NCBI GenBank assembly: GCA_964356375.1
Contig: CAYHGT010000003.1
Coordinates: forward strand, 554 to 64,553
DNA from: an uncultured Candidatus Saccharibacteria bacterium
GTDB lineage: Bacteria > Patescibacteriota > Minisyncoccia > UBA6257 > GWB1-50-10
Reading direction: 5' to 3'
Length of the DNA stretch: 64,000 bases
Shown: positions 63,988 through 64,000 of the stretch, one piece after another
Layout: each line of letters starts with the position of its first letter
Position numbering within the stretch: position 1 is the first letter of the stretch
The notes under the pieces: generated by a model
Database searches by the model: none
Seen by the model: only the letters and a program-made list of their open reading frames with translations
Told to the model about the DNA's origin: nothing
Translations under genes and position numbers: made by a program

Positions 63988-64000
63988 CCCACCAACCTAA

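Noticed and set aside
1-64000. rRNA genes (expected near tRNA-Ile-GAU, and near the four-helix-bundle 'intervening sequence' protein gene)
   Set aside because: No stretch resembling conserved 16S/23S/5S signatures was found by eye. tRNA-Ile(GAU) at the window end may precede or follow an rRNA operon outside the window, which cannot be assessed here.

Overview
The window is a chromosomal segment spanning a replication-origin neighbourhood. dnaN and dnaA (minus strand) are followed by a DnaA-box cluster and then rpmH-rnpA-yidC-jag (plus strand). It sits in a compact, housekeeping-dense genome that looks like an ultra-small Patescibacteria/CPR-type bacterium. This placement is an inference from gene content: four-helix-bundle protein, pilin-LamG fusion, a competence kit (pilB, comM, dprA, pilO-like), and tRNA-Ile(UAU).

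Core genes recognised: pilB/gspE (5' partial), ruvB, tsaE, polA, a sensor histidine kinase, ruvC, PBP1A, dnaN, dnaA, rpmH, rnpA, yidC, jag, ksgA, a LysM-M23 peptidase, comM, a DksA/TraR zinc finger, pnp, rpsO, xerC/D, an LMW-PTP, gyrA, rpsA, ftsH, adk, map, topA, dprA, and four tRNAs: Leu-UAG, Ile-UAU, Val-UAC, Ile-GAU.

The accessory content is more interesting in three ways.
(i) A roughly 13-kb type-IV-secretion-like locus (15.4-28.7 kb) has a VirB3-like gene, a VirB4 ATPase split into two ORFs, a giant VirB6-like membrane protein, several secreted or membrane proteins, and a VirB2-like pilin domain fused to a LAS/M15-type zinc peptidoglycan peptidase. A separate tandem array of three VirB2-like pilin paralogs lies at 41.7-43.1 kb.
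(ii) A previously unnamed family of about 100-bp miniature inverted-repeat elements has termini CATCCCGTTAGAAG / CTTCTAACGGGATG. Their outward-facing ends form a TAA-CGGG-ATG stop/start junction. One copy sits exactly between the two VirB4 halves and is read through as a 38-aa ORF. Other copies supply the ATG start codon of ftsH, a solute-binding protein and a VirB2-like pilin (two in-frame ATGs), and leave an ACG-mutated remnant in the N-terminus of another VirB2-like pilin.
(iii) Several further intergenic repeat families occur: telomere-like TTAGGG(A) G-rich/C-rich arms around terminators, a CCTGCCTGCCGGTAGGCAGG hairpin, and 90-120-bp direct repeats. One pair of direct repeats, together with two tRNAs, flanks an HTH plus LAGLIDADG-like gene.

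A poly-G(10) tract sits immediately upstream of a compositionally atypical pilin-LamG adhesin gene. No CRISPR array and no rRNA were found.
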